Of a DNA stretch of 64,000 nucleotides, positions 39,664-52,400 are shown one piece after another. The notes under the pieces are model-generated. The model was not told where the DNA came from, made no database searches, and worked only from the letters and a program-made list of their open reading frames with translations. The position numbers and the translations under genes were made by a program. Source of the stretch: the human T2T-CHM13v2.0 reference genome, Homo sapiens; the NCBI RefSeq assembly GCF_009914755.1, contig NC_060940.1. One strand, written 5' to 3'. Position 1 is the stretch's first letter; each line of letters starts with the position of its first letter.

Positions 39664-40309
39664 GGTATGTGTATAAGTTTCCAATCGTTGCTACAAGAAA
39701 CTGTCACAAACTTAGTGGCTTACTGCACAAATGTATTATCTGAAAGTTCTGGACGTCAAAAGTCCAAAGTGATCTGATCGCTGTATATTATGCATATTGA
39801 AACATCACTATGTACCCCATGAATATGTATGGTTATTATTTGTCAATTAAAAAAAAATTTTTAAGATGAAAATACACAACTAGAAACAAAGTCCAACATG
39901 GGTCTCACTGGGCTAAAATCAACATATTCCCAGGGCTGCATTCCTTCCTGGAGACCCTGGGGTAGGGGGAATTCATTTTCTTGCATTTTCCAGTTTCTGG
40001 AGGCTCCCTGAATTCCTTACCTTGTCCATCTTTACTGCCTGGGAATGACTGGTTGAGACTTTCTCATATCACAGACCTCTGACACTGAGACCAATCCTTC
40101 TGCCTACTTCTTGGGCATTTATGGACCCTTGTGATTATACTGAGCCACCAACATGATGCAGGATAGTCTCCCTATCTTAAAGTCAGCTCATTAGTAACTT
40201 TAATTCCATCTGCTGCCTTGATTCATCTTTGCCATTTAATGTAACATGTCCCCAGATTCTGGGGGTCAGGACCTGGACATCTTTGGGAGGCCACTTCTGT
40301 GCTTACCAC
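39664..40309 (-). mobile_element. MaLR LTR (MLT1) interrupted by a short L1 3' fragment (~39770-39860)
   Basis: cacaaacttagtggctt...ggtctcactgggctaaaatcaa...gacctggacatctttggg. Confidence 0.75.
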
Positions 40310-41359
40310 TAAATGTATTATGTAATTTCTGAATCTGCATTCTATTCAATAATGACACAAGGTTAAAAATTAAATTGCAGTATGTAAATGCAAAGGGTTC
40401 CTATGCAATCATGAAAAGAATGACATCTTTTATTTAGTATTGTATATAATCCCTGGGAAATATTTTAAAAGCAATGTTAAAACCATTATGTAAAGTATAC
40501 TGTCGTTTACGCAAAACGACATGAGGAGGAAAGAATTATTTATACGTATTTGCTTCTACATGCCACGTTTATCTTAAAGCAAAGGAAAACAAAACAAAAC
40601 AAGGGAAGGAGATTTTTTATCTGTCTAACAAGTATTTCTTAGTGACCTAAGACCAAGAGGTTTTACCAACTCATTGAAGATAATAGTAAGGAATCATCAG
40701 CAGCTCTTGAAAAGACACAGAGAATTGCACAGAATTTACAGGGAAGATAATATGGAATTACTATGTAAGCAAAGCTCTTCCCTGGCAAGCATATCTTTTA
40801 ATAATCCACTAACAAAATACAGAAGAATGTCATGCAGATGGAAAATTATACTATTCGGCTTACCCAGGATGTGAATTCTGTGGGAGAATTCAGAATTACA
40901 AACAAAACAATAGGGAAATCTCACTTGTTGTGTAATGGTTGGGAACCTCCTGGAGAGTAGCCAACCCCTTGGAATAAGGCCAAGCACAATGTCCACAGGG
41001 AGTTGCAGATGGGAGGGAGGTCCCACCACCTGTGGCACAGGGGCCACTGGAGCATTTCCAGCCCATGTCTGACACTGCTGTGCTAACATTTCCTCTAGAC
41101 CTATTAGGTTGTCCATTGTAGGTGATGCTCGTCTGCAGGATGGAGACAGACCTATGTCAATCCAAAAACTCCTAGTCCATTCTGCATTCATTCTGGGGAC
41201 GTCTGGAGAATTCTGCATTCACATGCAAGGGAGAGGTCAAATCAAAACAGGATTCACTTAGTCATTTTTTTCCAGTTATTTGCTTATTCATTTAATCAAC
41301 ATTTATTGAGTAGCTTTATTTTCTTGGTGCTAGCAGCATAAGATATACAGGATGAGTCC

Positions 41360-41655
41360 TGTATGTATGTGTGTATATATATATTATATTATATATAATT
41401 ATGATATACATAATATATAATAGATATAATAAATATAATAAATATATAAAAATTTATATCTAAATAAGTTATATATTTATAGATATTTTATATATATTTA
41501 TATATAAAATAAAATACATATATTTTATATATATATTTATATATAATATATTTATATATAATTATAAATATATAAATAATATAATATATAAATATATATA
41601 AACATATATAAATATATATAATATATATATTTCATATATATATATCAATATATCA
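41360..41655. repeat. AT-rich (TA)n-type low-complexity tract
   Basis: About 290 bp composed almost entirely of A and T. Confidence 0.95.
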
Positions 41656-42239
41656 ATTTCCAAAACAGGCAAAACTATACTATTTTGCTTAGGGATGAAT
41701 ATGTAGGTGGCAAAATTATACATGAAAGCAAGGAAACAACTATCATAAAAGTCAAGGTGATGGTTTTATCGAGGGAAGGTGAGGGAAACTTCATTGGGAG
41801 AAAACACACACCTGGGGGAGGTGCAGGGTAGCACAGGCTTGGGTCAGGGAGCCCATACTTCTGCACATTCCTAGACTGCCTGAGCCTCTTTTACACAGAA
41901 AAAAGTGACTGCATAGATATGGACCGAAAACAGCACGGTGTGGCAGAATAGGGGAATTGCTGCACTTGAAGGATGCAAATGATGTGCATTCTTGCTGACA
42001 GTGCACTCTTATACTCTCCCCCCAGGTTTAAAACAAACACAGCAGCCATACTTTCCTGGGAAACCTAGATATAAAACAGCAGAGGTAAGCAGCACTAGCT
42101 ACCATCAACGTGAAAGCCATTTTCTCATTCTTACATACGAATGAATGACCATGGACCAGAAGGCATTGGAAGGAACCCCATGAATGCATGAAAGACAAAC
42201 AGCTGAACATTATGGGCAATTTCCAAGATTTATTTTTTA

Positions 42240-43560
42240 AGAAACGAAAGTTCAAATGATTATCCCCAGATCAATGAGAAGAAGTTGCATCCATAAACAA
42301 ACACTTAGTTATGAAACAGGAATAGAGGACAAAAGAGGTCTTGAAAATTAAAAATATTATTGCAGAAATGAAAGATCGCTAGGAAGTATTCAGAAAAAAA
42401 CTGAGCTGAGTCTCTTGCAAAGCAATTGGCAAATGCTAAAGTTCAGTGCTTCACCTTGACCACAAAGAAGAAAACTTTCCAAGTTTTTGAGTAACACCTG
42501 CTTGTACCTCTGCAAGAAAGTTCCAAAATGGAAGATGCCCGGAAACCACTGTGGCAAAATGCTTTCTTGAACCTGTTCAAGACAGCCAAGGAAAGTCTCA
42601 ACTGCAAAGGGAAACAATTTGAGTCAGAGTAACTTGGGTTTGTTGTTGTTATCTGTATAAAAGGGAAAATTGCCATTTGAATAACTGAATAGCAGTAATG
42701 TACCAAGCGGACTATTTAAGTTCAGGGCGGTGGCTCTGCACATCAGGAATGATGCCACAGGTGCTGGCCACAGGTCTGCTGGTGGCTGCGGAGAGCTACA
42801 GCTATGCAGCACACTCCTGCCGTCTTTCCTGATTCATGAACATCAGTATTTCTCTAGGCATAGACTTGAATTAAATTTAGTGTCATTTCTTAGTAGTGTT
42901 TGATGATTAAAATCTTGTTCTTTGACAACAAATGATCAATCTTCCAGGTCTAACATTGGATTCACAGGTTTTCCAGACAAATAAAATGAAAAAAAATGGA
43001 GGAAAGAATATCAAAGACACAATAAAATTTCTTAGAGCTGAAGTGATGTGAGTCATCAGATTCAAATGGCCCACAGAAGGCTGAGGAGGATGAATAAGAA
43101 AAACCCACTCCTGGACATGACTTCATCACATTTCAGACCCCAAATATGAAAAGAAGGCCCCCAAAACATCCAGAGAAAAAGAAGAGGCTGCCTATAAAGG
43201 AATGGACATTAGATGACCTCAGGCTTTGGAATTTTTTACAATCAAGTAGTCACAAAGTCTCCAGTGTTCTGAGGAGAAATGATTTTGAACCTGGGATCCT
43301 ATAGTCAGCTAAACTGTCAAGTGAGTATGAAGGCAAAATAAGGTATTTTCGGGCATTCAAGGATCAAAGTTTCCACTTCCATATATTTACATACACACAT
43401 TATATACATCATTTCTAAGGAAGTTACTTGAGCAGACTGAGAATGAAAAGGTGTGACTGAACATAGAAATATTTTTTAAAATTCCTGGATAACAACTGTT
43501 CATTCAGGAGGTGACTGATCTGAATTAAAATAAGAAGCTGATAGGCTCTGATCAGTATCT
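42240..43560 (+). mobile_element. Old L1ME-like ORF1 region split by a non-L1 insert
   Basis: gaaaattaaaaatattattgcagaaatgaaa...gatcaatcttccaggtctaacat...tgattttgaacctgggatcctatagtcagctaaactgtc. Confidence 0.65.
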
Positions 43561-44720
43561 TCAAAGAGAAAAAGAGAATGAATTATAAAATTAGATAGGA
43601 GTGAAGAAATAAGGAATTAGAAACCACAGGGGGGAAATCAAAAGCTGTACAAAAGAGTCAGTTAAGAAGTAAACTAAAATGAGGCATAGTTGTGAGTAAC
43701 TGATAAATTGGTAAAGAAAGAATATACTTGATATGGACCTTAGGGACATTCTTTGAGTGACTAGGAACCAGAGCACTGAACAAACAGGATAAAATGTAAT
43801 CCCAGAACCTATTTGGCTCTGCAGTGTATAATATTTATGTAAGAAGAAGACTTAACAGTGGTTATCAATAATGATTATGTAAAAATGGAATAGCTCACAG
43901 AGGTTAGAGGGAGAAGGCTAGTGGACTAGTCGGGGATAACCTAGTTATAGGCACCAAAATCCTTACACATCAAGAGATAATGTAAAGTTGATGGAACAAA
44001 AAATACAGGCTTAAGTGTATTATTTAAGGCTATAAATAAACCTCATAAGATAAAATAAAACAATTGGGTTGTCAGGGGCTGAGGCTGGGGGACAGGATTG
44101 TCTGCAAAGAAGCATAGGGAACTTTATGGGGTGATCTCAGATACACATTTCCACATCTTGATTTTGGTGGTTATATGACTATTTAGGTTTGTCAAAATTC
44201 ACAGAACCATGCTCCAAACAATGATGAATTTCACTGCATGTAAATCCTAACTCAGTAAACTTAGGAAGGGGAAAAACCTAGGAACCGAAAAGTGAACTAA
44301 ACCCTCATCTTTCATACTGGGGCGTCAAAAGAAAATGTACGAAGTTAATAAATCCACCAAAAGCAACATAAGCATAGAGCTGGCAAGGGAAACCACCATC
44401 ACAAGAAACAGCCAAAAGAAGTTTTTGGAAGTAGCAGTGGTGACACAGACTAACATTTAGCTTCATAATTTTACTATCTACATGTTTTACTTATTTATTG
44501 GCATTGGCATTTAAACACAATTCTGAAACATTTTTAAAATGCAGAAAGGTTTCCAGAGTAATACAAGAACTTCTATTAAATATCTATCCCATGCCCAATA
44601 ATGTCCTTTATAGCAAAGGGCCCAATCCAGGATCACATTCTGCACCCAATTACCATGTCTCTCTAGTCTCCTTCAACCTGGAACAGTTCTTCGGGATTTC
44701 TTGACTTTCATGATCTTGAT

Positions 44721-45021
44721 TTTTTTTTTTTTTTTTTTTGAGACAGGGTCTCACTCTGTCACCCAGGCTGGTGTCCCGTGGTGCAATCACAGCTCACTGC
44801 AGCCTCAAACTTCTGGGCTTAAGTGATCCTCCCACTTTGGCCTACTGAGTAGCTAGGACTACAGGCATGTGCCACCACACTTGATTAAGTTTTTAATTTT
44901 TTGTAGAGATGGGGTCTCACTATGTTTCCCAGGACCATCTTGAATTCCTGGACTCAAGAAATCCTCTCACGTCAGCCTCCCAAAGTGCTGGGATTATAGC
45001 CGGAAGTCACCGTGCCCGGCC
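44721..45021 (-). mobile_element. AluJ inserted in an L1MC 3' end (~44500-46000)
   Basis: Alu body; TSD tcatga[t/c]cttgat on both sides. Confidence 0.9.
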
Positions 45022-46202
45022 GTCATGACCTTGATATTTTTAAAGATTACAGGCTGGTCATTTTATTTTGTTCTTCAATTTGGGATTGCCTGATGTTTCC
45101 TCCTGATTAGATCCAATTTAGGTATCTTGGCCCTGATATCATAGAAGGGATGCTGTGTTCTCACTGCATCCTGGCATGTGATCTGAGAGGTTGATTTGCT
45201 GTATTATTACTGGGATAAACCAAGATAGCATCTCCCAGGCTTCTTCACTGCAAAGTTAGTTTTCTCCCCTTCATAAAAAGTATTTTGAGGAAAGATGTTT
45301 TGAGACTATTCCATGTCCTACTTTCACCCATTTTCTTAAGATCCACTGACGCTTTTACCTGAATTGGTTATTGCAATGATGATTGCCAAGTAGTACATTA
45401 AATGGATTCACAGATTCCTATTTATTCAATGGATTATAATAATCTATTAGTATCATTATTTTGATTCTTGACTCATTCCAAATGTGGTCAGTGGGAGTTT
45501 CTTTGCTGTCTTCTGTGTCATTTCGACATGTGCCTATCATTCTTTGAGCATTTCCTTACCGTCTAGCAAAGGAGATAATCCAGGCTCATCTTATTCTTTC
45601 CCTACCTTGGTCCTGAAGTTAAGCAGTTCCTTTCACTAAAGAGTGGCATTTAGAAACCAAGCTTTGGGTGATTGGTGTGCTCACTGCTATAGAGTCTCAA
45701 AGCTTCCAGGACTTCTCAATGGACCTAGCTAGGAAATACACACATGCATGTACACATGCATATACACACATTTACATGTATATTTATTTTTATATCTATC
45801 TATACATGTCAGTGTGAACTCAACAACTCTGAGTTCACATTGACAACTCTAATTCCATTCCAATTTCAAAGGGTTTGGCTTCACCCTATTTTCCATGTTT
45901 GTATCTCCTTCCTCCAAGAGTGAGAAATACTGGTTCCCATCATCCTCAATGTATTTACTTTTCTGCTTAATTCCCTGTATGTATCAAATCTCCTGATGTC
46001 ATCATCAGGTTGCCATCCCACCTGTGCACCCTCCTGGTTGCTCTGGCCTCTGCCAGGCTGCCTTCCCATCCCACTTGGAATTATTTTGGTAAAACTTAAA
46101 AAGAAAAAAAATTAGTAACCAAATACTATAAAAGGAACAAAAAAGGAGATTGTGGGAATTGGTCATAAGCAATATTTTTACTGCTCTAAGAGCCATGGTC
46201 CC

Positions 46203-46582
46203 TGATATGGTTAGGTTTTGTGTCCCCACTCAAATCTCATCTTGAATTATAATTCCCATAATTCCCACATGTCAAGGGAAAGACTATGTGGAGGTAACTG
46301 AATCATGGGGGCAGTTTCCCCCTTGTTGTTTTTGTGATAGTGAGTGAGTTCTCACGAGATCTGATGGTTTTATAAGGGGCTCTTTCCTCCTTTACTCGGC
46401 ACTTCTCCCTCCTGCTGCCTTGTGAAGAAGGTGCCTTGCTTCCTCTTTGCCTTTCACCATGATTGTAAGTTTCCTGAGGTCTCCCCAGTCGTGCTGATCT
46501 GTGAGTCAATTAAACCTCTTTCCTTTATCAATTACCCAATCTCGGGCAGTTATTATTAGCAGTATGAAAATGGACTAATACA
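46203..46582 (+). mobile_element. THE1/MST solo LTR
   Basis: tgatatggtt...gtgtccccac...attaaacctctttcc...ggactaataca. Confidence 0.9.
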
Positions 46583-46823
46583 GTTTCCATTTCCTCCACA
46601 TGCCACCATAATTGTAAAGCACTTTAAAGTTTGATCTGTTATAGGAAGAAGTGAGAGGGGCATAGCTTGGCTCCATAATTCCCCTAATCAATATAATCAA
46701 TATCATGTACCGCCCATGGCATGATCCCACATGCACATGTGCACACACACACACACTCAGGCACCACACTTCATGCTCTGGGTGCCTGGTAACCTGAGTT
46801 TACCACTTGGAGGAGGTCACTAC

Positions 46824-46923
46824 CTAAAATGTCGCAGTAAATGGTCTGTTGATAGAGCTTGGCTTCTAGTGGGTTAAAGTACACGGTGATTTCAGCTGAT
46901 GAGTTGGGCCAGACATCACCTTC
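46824..46923 (-). CDS. HYDIN: HYDIN coding exon, probably exon 10, 100 bp: EGDVWPNSSAEITVYFNPLEAKLYQQTIYCDIL(G)
   Basis: Not in the ORF track; read by hand as ttttcag|GAAGGTGATGTCTGG...ATTTTAG|gtagtg. Continues the previous exon in frame (phase 0 to 1). Confidence 0.95.
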
Positions 46924-47009
46924 CTGAAAAACATGAAAGAATCATTAAAAAACAATATGACAAAAGAAAGACACTGCTTGTAAGTGTTATTACATTAAAA
47001 CTCCAATAA

Positions 47010-47358
47010 ATTTTTTTTTCATAAAATTGTATATGTTTAAGGTATACAACATGTTTTGATATATATTTGTATAGTGAAATGATTACTGCAGTCAAGGAAA
47101 TCAACACATCTATCTCCTCACATAGTTAACTTGTGTGTGCGTGGTGAGAGGACCTGGTCTGTCTACTCTCTTAGCAAGTACCCAACATATCATACATTAT
47201 TATTAACTATAGTCACCATGCACTACATTAGGTCTCCAGAACTTATAACTACAAGTTTGTACCCTTTGACCAACATCTCCCCATTTCCGCCCCCAATCCC
47301 ACCCTCTGATGCCTGGTAACCACCAATCTCTTACCAAACTGTTTCTATGAGTTAGACC

Positions 47359-47389
<31 letters not shown>

Positions 47390-47800
47390 ACACACATATG
47401 AGTGAGATCATGTGGTATTTGTCTTTCTGTGTCTGGCTTATTTCACTTAGCACAATGTCTCCAGATTCATCCATGTTGTCACAAGTGGCAGGAACTCTTT
47501 CTTAGTAACAGTGAATAATATTCCATTGTATGTACACACTTCTTTTTTCATTCTTCTGTCGCTGGACACTTCGGTTGCTTCCACAGCTTGGCCATTGTGA
47601 ATAATGCTGCAATGAACATGGGGGTGCAGAGCTCTCTTCGAGATCCTGATTTCATTTCCTTTGGGGATATACCCAGATGAGGGATTGTGGGATCACATGA
47701 CAGTTCTATTTATGATTTTTTGAGGAATCTCTATACTGTTTTCCATAATGTCCGTACCAATCTACAGTCCCACCAACAGTGTACAAGGGTTCAATTCCAG
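47010..47800 (-). mobile_element. L1MA 3' end
   Basis: Antisense L1MA 3'UTR and ORF2 end (gtatttgtctttctgtgtctggcttatttcacttagc, gaataatgctgcaatgaacatg). Confidence 0.85.
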
Positions 47801-47955
47801 GAAACTTAAAGACAACATTTTTCTAATAAGTACAAGAAAGCATTCTTTCACCAGCAGATAGTAAATGTATACTTCTTGATAACTTATGAGGTGGTACAAG
47901 TTGGAAACAAACTTCAAAGATAACTTCAGTGAATTTATGAACATATAATGAGTTA

Positions 47956-49417
47956 CTAAAGGAAACTAGGGTGTATAAGACATTTTAAAATGAAATGTAT
48001 ATTCAGTGGCTATTCACTGTTTGCCCAATGTGTTCCCAGTACCGGGGCTTCAGAGAAGCAGAAAGGTGTGGGCTGTGACTGCAGGGAACTCATACCTTAG
48101 TGGGATGATAAACATGTATACAAACATTTAACAGTATATGAGGTAAGTGCTGTGTCTATAAAAATACAGCCCAGAGGGGTCACAGAGGAAGAAGTACTTG
48201 ACTTCCTTGCTGGAGGCACCACGTTTTTAACTTTTGAGGTGACAGCATAAGGAAACACTCTTACTCTACAAAAACATAGCAATGGCCCAAGGTAGAACAA
48301 TAGCTTGGTCAAACCCTGCTTCTACTCCAGTGTGGCATTTCTCCCTTTAATTGGAACTACCAAAAAGTCATAATCAGGAAACCAAGTTTTAAAATGGTAA
48401 TGCAAAATGCAATGTATCAGAATCTCCTTGTTAGGTATACTTTGATTAGTATTTTTAACTATGTAATCTGCGGCCTCTTCATTAGCTTCTCAAGGCTGTA
48501 AAAAGAGATGCTGATAGCACTTGCCTCAAAGGGGTTCCTAAGGTCTGACAAAGTCATGCAGGTCAAACACTTTGCCCCATGCTCAGTCAGAACTCAGTAA
48601 ATAACTGACTACTATGATCGATGTTATTTTTGTGCTACTTAGAAGGACTAAGATGAAAGTATTGAAAAGGGGAAAAGATGTGTGTGTTTTTTGTATGATT
48701 TTTGTAAATAGGGCCAAGTGAGCATAAACGATCAACACATCCAGAAATCTATAAACAGTCCCGCCAGCTAAATAGAAAACTAAGGAAAGACAACTTGATA
48801 AATAATTAGGCTCCAGCTCCAGACAGTCCCTGGTGCATTCTCTATTTGCAGTCTGGCTAGAAAGAACATACTTCTGGAATAAAGAATGTCGAAAAGAACA
48901 AAATGGTTTAAAAATGCAGATATCAAACAAGAGGGAGAAAATAAAAATCTAGAGCCAATTTGGGTTTATTAATTAACACAATCAGTCTTATCAGTATACT
49001 TTGCAGGCAGTGTCTTTCCTAACTTCAGAATGAAGGAGGCACAAGGGCTTAAGGGGGAGCAGAGAGGGCTGTAAATATTATGCAGGTATGATACCTCGGG
49101 CCATTGCTCTGTTTTTATAGAGTAAGAATGTTTCCTTATGCTGTCACCTCAAAAGTTAGAAACGTGGTGCCTCCACCAAGGAAGTCAAGTACTTCTTCCT
49201 CTGTGACCCCCTCTGGGCTGTATTTATATAGACACAGCACTTACTGTAAAATGTTTGTATATATGTTTATCATCCCACTAAGGTTTGAGTTCTCTGCAGT
49301 CACGGCCCACACCTTTCTGCTTCTCTGAAGCCCTGGTACTGGGAATGCATTGGGCAGACAGTGAATAGTCACTCAATGTACATTTTAAAATGTCGTATAC
49401 ATCCTAGTTTCCTTTAG
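47956..49417. repeat. Long inverted duplication: arms 47956-48294 and 49092-49417, ~800-bp spacer
   Basis: Hand alignment gives ~21 substitutions and 3 indels over ~325 bp (~93%); also visible as near-identical ORFs 48097..48312(-) and 49104..49328(+). Confidence 0.95.
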
Positions 49418-52400
49418 ATCTCACATCCCCAGATCAGCCTGTGAGAATGAAGGCTCCATAAGGGTAGCTGCCGTTCTACCCCCACCCAAACCAGAGTAAG
49501 CCATCCCTGGTTTGGGTAGGGGCAGAACAGCAACTACCCTCAGGGAAGCTTCAATCTTCATGGCTCTTAGTAGGTGCTCAATAAATATTTGTTGAATCTG
49601 CAATATCTACTCAGTTTGCACACTGTGTAGTCAGTAGCAGACACCTATTCATCTCTGCAACCTACTTCTACCATTTTCTCTTCATCCAGAACCTCAAAAG
49701 TCACACAACTGTAGAGCCAAAAGAGACCTATGAGAGCATATGAGGAACAGAGAAGTCCTAAGCACTTTGATGTATTTAGGCATTTCACTGTGGCACCTTT
49801 CCAATCTTGAAATAAGTATCTGTTTTCTTCTGATAAATGATAAATATCTGGCCCCTTTTGATTGGTGGGGGTTTTAGTGATATGCAGTGTTAGAAACACT
49901 CATGGCTAGACTCAACTGGCAAGGCCAGGCAGATGAGGCAGCTTAGCCAATCAGTGGTGTATCAGTAGTTATCTCATCTCAGGACTACTGAAATCCTGGG
50001 CTTCTTACTCACCCATGACACAAACATATTCCTTTGGTGGGTTAATACTCTGCTGTGTTTGGGTAAACAGAATGGACACCGCTAACCTGCTCCTACACAA
50101 ATGGAATGACCAAAGGGCCAGGGGCTATCTTAGATCCTGAGAGAACCCAGGCTAGAGAAGTCTCACCAGAACTGTAGGAAGTGGCCCCCACTGGAAATCA
50201 CATAAGCTCAGTGCATGTGGGCAAGTCAGGGTCTTATGGTTTGAAGTGGACCAGGAATGCTTTCAAAAGTATGATCCCAGCAATCCAGGGTCCATGTGCA
50301 GAAGAGGGTAACACACTTCAGTTTCTCTTAGAACACTCTTGGACTGCCATCATCAAAGAGGTCTGATTAGCACAACTGGAGGGATGGGAGTGAGTGGTGG
50401 TAGACACACTCCAGAGAGGTGACTGGAATCTCTCCAGAGGAGGAAGCGTTGACATTCGGAAGCCATCAGTGAGAGATCATCTGATGTGGAGGCTCCTGGG
50501 AGATGGAGAAGCCTTTCTGCTTGGTGAGAAGACCAGCACAAAGAAATCCGAATCGACAGGGTTCAGACTGAGCAAATGGAGCTGTGGGCTCAGTGCTTAC
50601 TTATTGTGGGCTGCAGCTGTCTTACTCTGCCTGTGACATCCACTTGTAACTTGCAGCCTTCACTGAGCCCGAGAGATAAAGGAAGGACAAACCCTATTTA
50701 TTCTAAACTCCTCTCCTGGGCTTGGAGCAGGTACCGTGTATTAAGACGGTTGTGTGTACCTGAAAACAGCGTGCTCATTCGGTTTCCTCTCACAGAAGGA
50801 TGCTTTCAATGTGATTTCATTTGAAGGAGTTAGGAACATGCAGGATATTTCTACTTTTCAGTTGGGATTTAAGTAAAAGAGAAAGAACTTCTATTTCCTT
50901 ATAGCAAAAACTCAATATAGCATTTTCTATCAAATGGGAGAGCAAACCTCAGAAATAGGTAACAAGCCTCAACTTTAGACCCCACTTCCAGTTTCACGTC
51001 TTTGAAAGATTTCATATGACTTCTTTAACACTTCTGAAATTAAATTCCATGTCATTTATGTCTCTGCAAAAAAAAACTTTCTTTCTTTATTACTCAGTTC
51101 TAACATTTCTGAAAATCAAAACATCCAGAAATTTCCTTCCTGGCTCTGACATCAATATCCCTTCTTCCCAGTTCTACAAAACCTGCCTCATCACACGGAT
51201 CCGCGTCCCCCATTCTGCGAGCTAGAAACATGTGACCCCTCTCCCATGACTGCCCATTTTCCTGCTCCAAATGAGAGGTTGAGTACATAGGATTGAATCT
51301 GTAAGTGACTATGACCTTCTTTGTTGAAAAGAATTGTCAAAATGGCCTTCAGTTATACTGTAATTATCTTCCTTCTTGGTCTTAATGTTTTCTTTCAGAT
51401 TCGCAATGAGTAAAGTAATTGCATTTTACTTATTAATAAAGTGACCTACTAGAAAAAAATCAACTTTAAATTTTCAAGCCTAAAGCTAATTCCCATATTG
51501 CGATTTTTGCCCAAATTATTAAATATCTCTGGACACGGAGTTTCATGCTTCCTTCTGGAACAAGAATAAACAACCAAGTGACTCGATGGCCACAGTTCTG
51601 AGACTTTCTGAAAGCTGTCTATGAACAAACAGCCACTGGTTTGTGATAGATGATAAATATGATCATGAGAAAGGTGTCATTTAAAAGTGTTCACCTTTTA
51701 AAAATTATATCAGCAATACTTACAGGGGATCTTTAAAAAAAACTCCCTTGAAAATCCTTAAACAAACATCTTTTTAAAAAATTGCCTTCCTTCCCCTCTA
51801 TTACCCCTCTACCTCCTTTCCTTCGTTTCTCCCTTCCTTCCTTCCTTGAAAGATTATTTCTTACAAATCTTGCCCCCCTCCCAAAAAAAAAACCAAAGTG
51901 CAAGAACAGAGACTTATATACATATGTAATTTTCCTGGTTTATCTAAAAAGTAGTTTACGACTCAACTTTTACATTTATCAAATAAAATGGTTATGTTCT
52001 AGTTCCCAACTTACATTTAGAAGAATGATCCACGTTTGCCCACTCAAATACTATGCTTTCCAATCATACTCTCTAATCTGACAAGACAAATGTATTTAAC
52101 TACAAATCATAATATACGTAACCACCCACTGAGAGCTCATGTTCCACACTGTGTAAAGTGCTTATACACATTAACTAGTTCAATCACTACCACCTTGTGA
52201 AGTAGTATTATTACTTTAAAGATGAGAAAATCAAGGCAAAAAGAAGTATCTTACCCAAAGCCAGACCAATAGTTTAAGTAGCAGAGCTAAGATTCTGTAA
52301 TAATTTTTTCCCTGACTTCTCTAAACCCACTGCAATTATAAAAAGAGTCAGGCCTCAACTTCTTCACAATATCATAAAAAAGGCCAGAAGAAGTTGAAAA

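Noticed and set aside
40736-41218. 160-aa minus-strand ORF, the longest non-Alu ORF
   Set aside because: No recognisable domain, not in the HYDIN reading phase, and its second half is intron-like sequence.
41360-41655. Long AT tract as a possible functional element
   Set aside because: Ordinary degenerate (TA)n low-complexity sequence.
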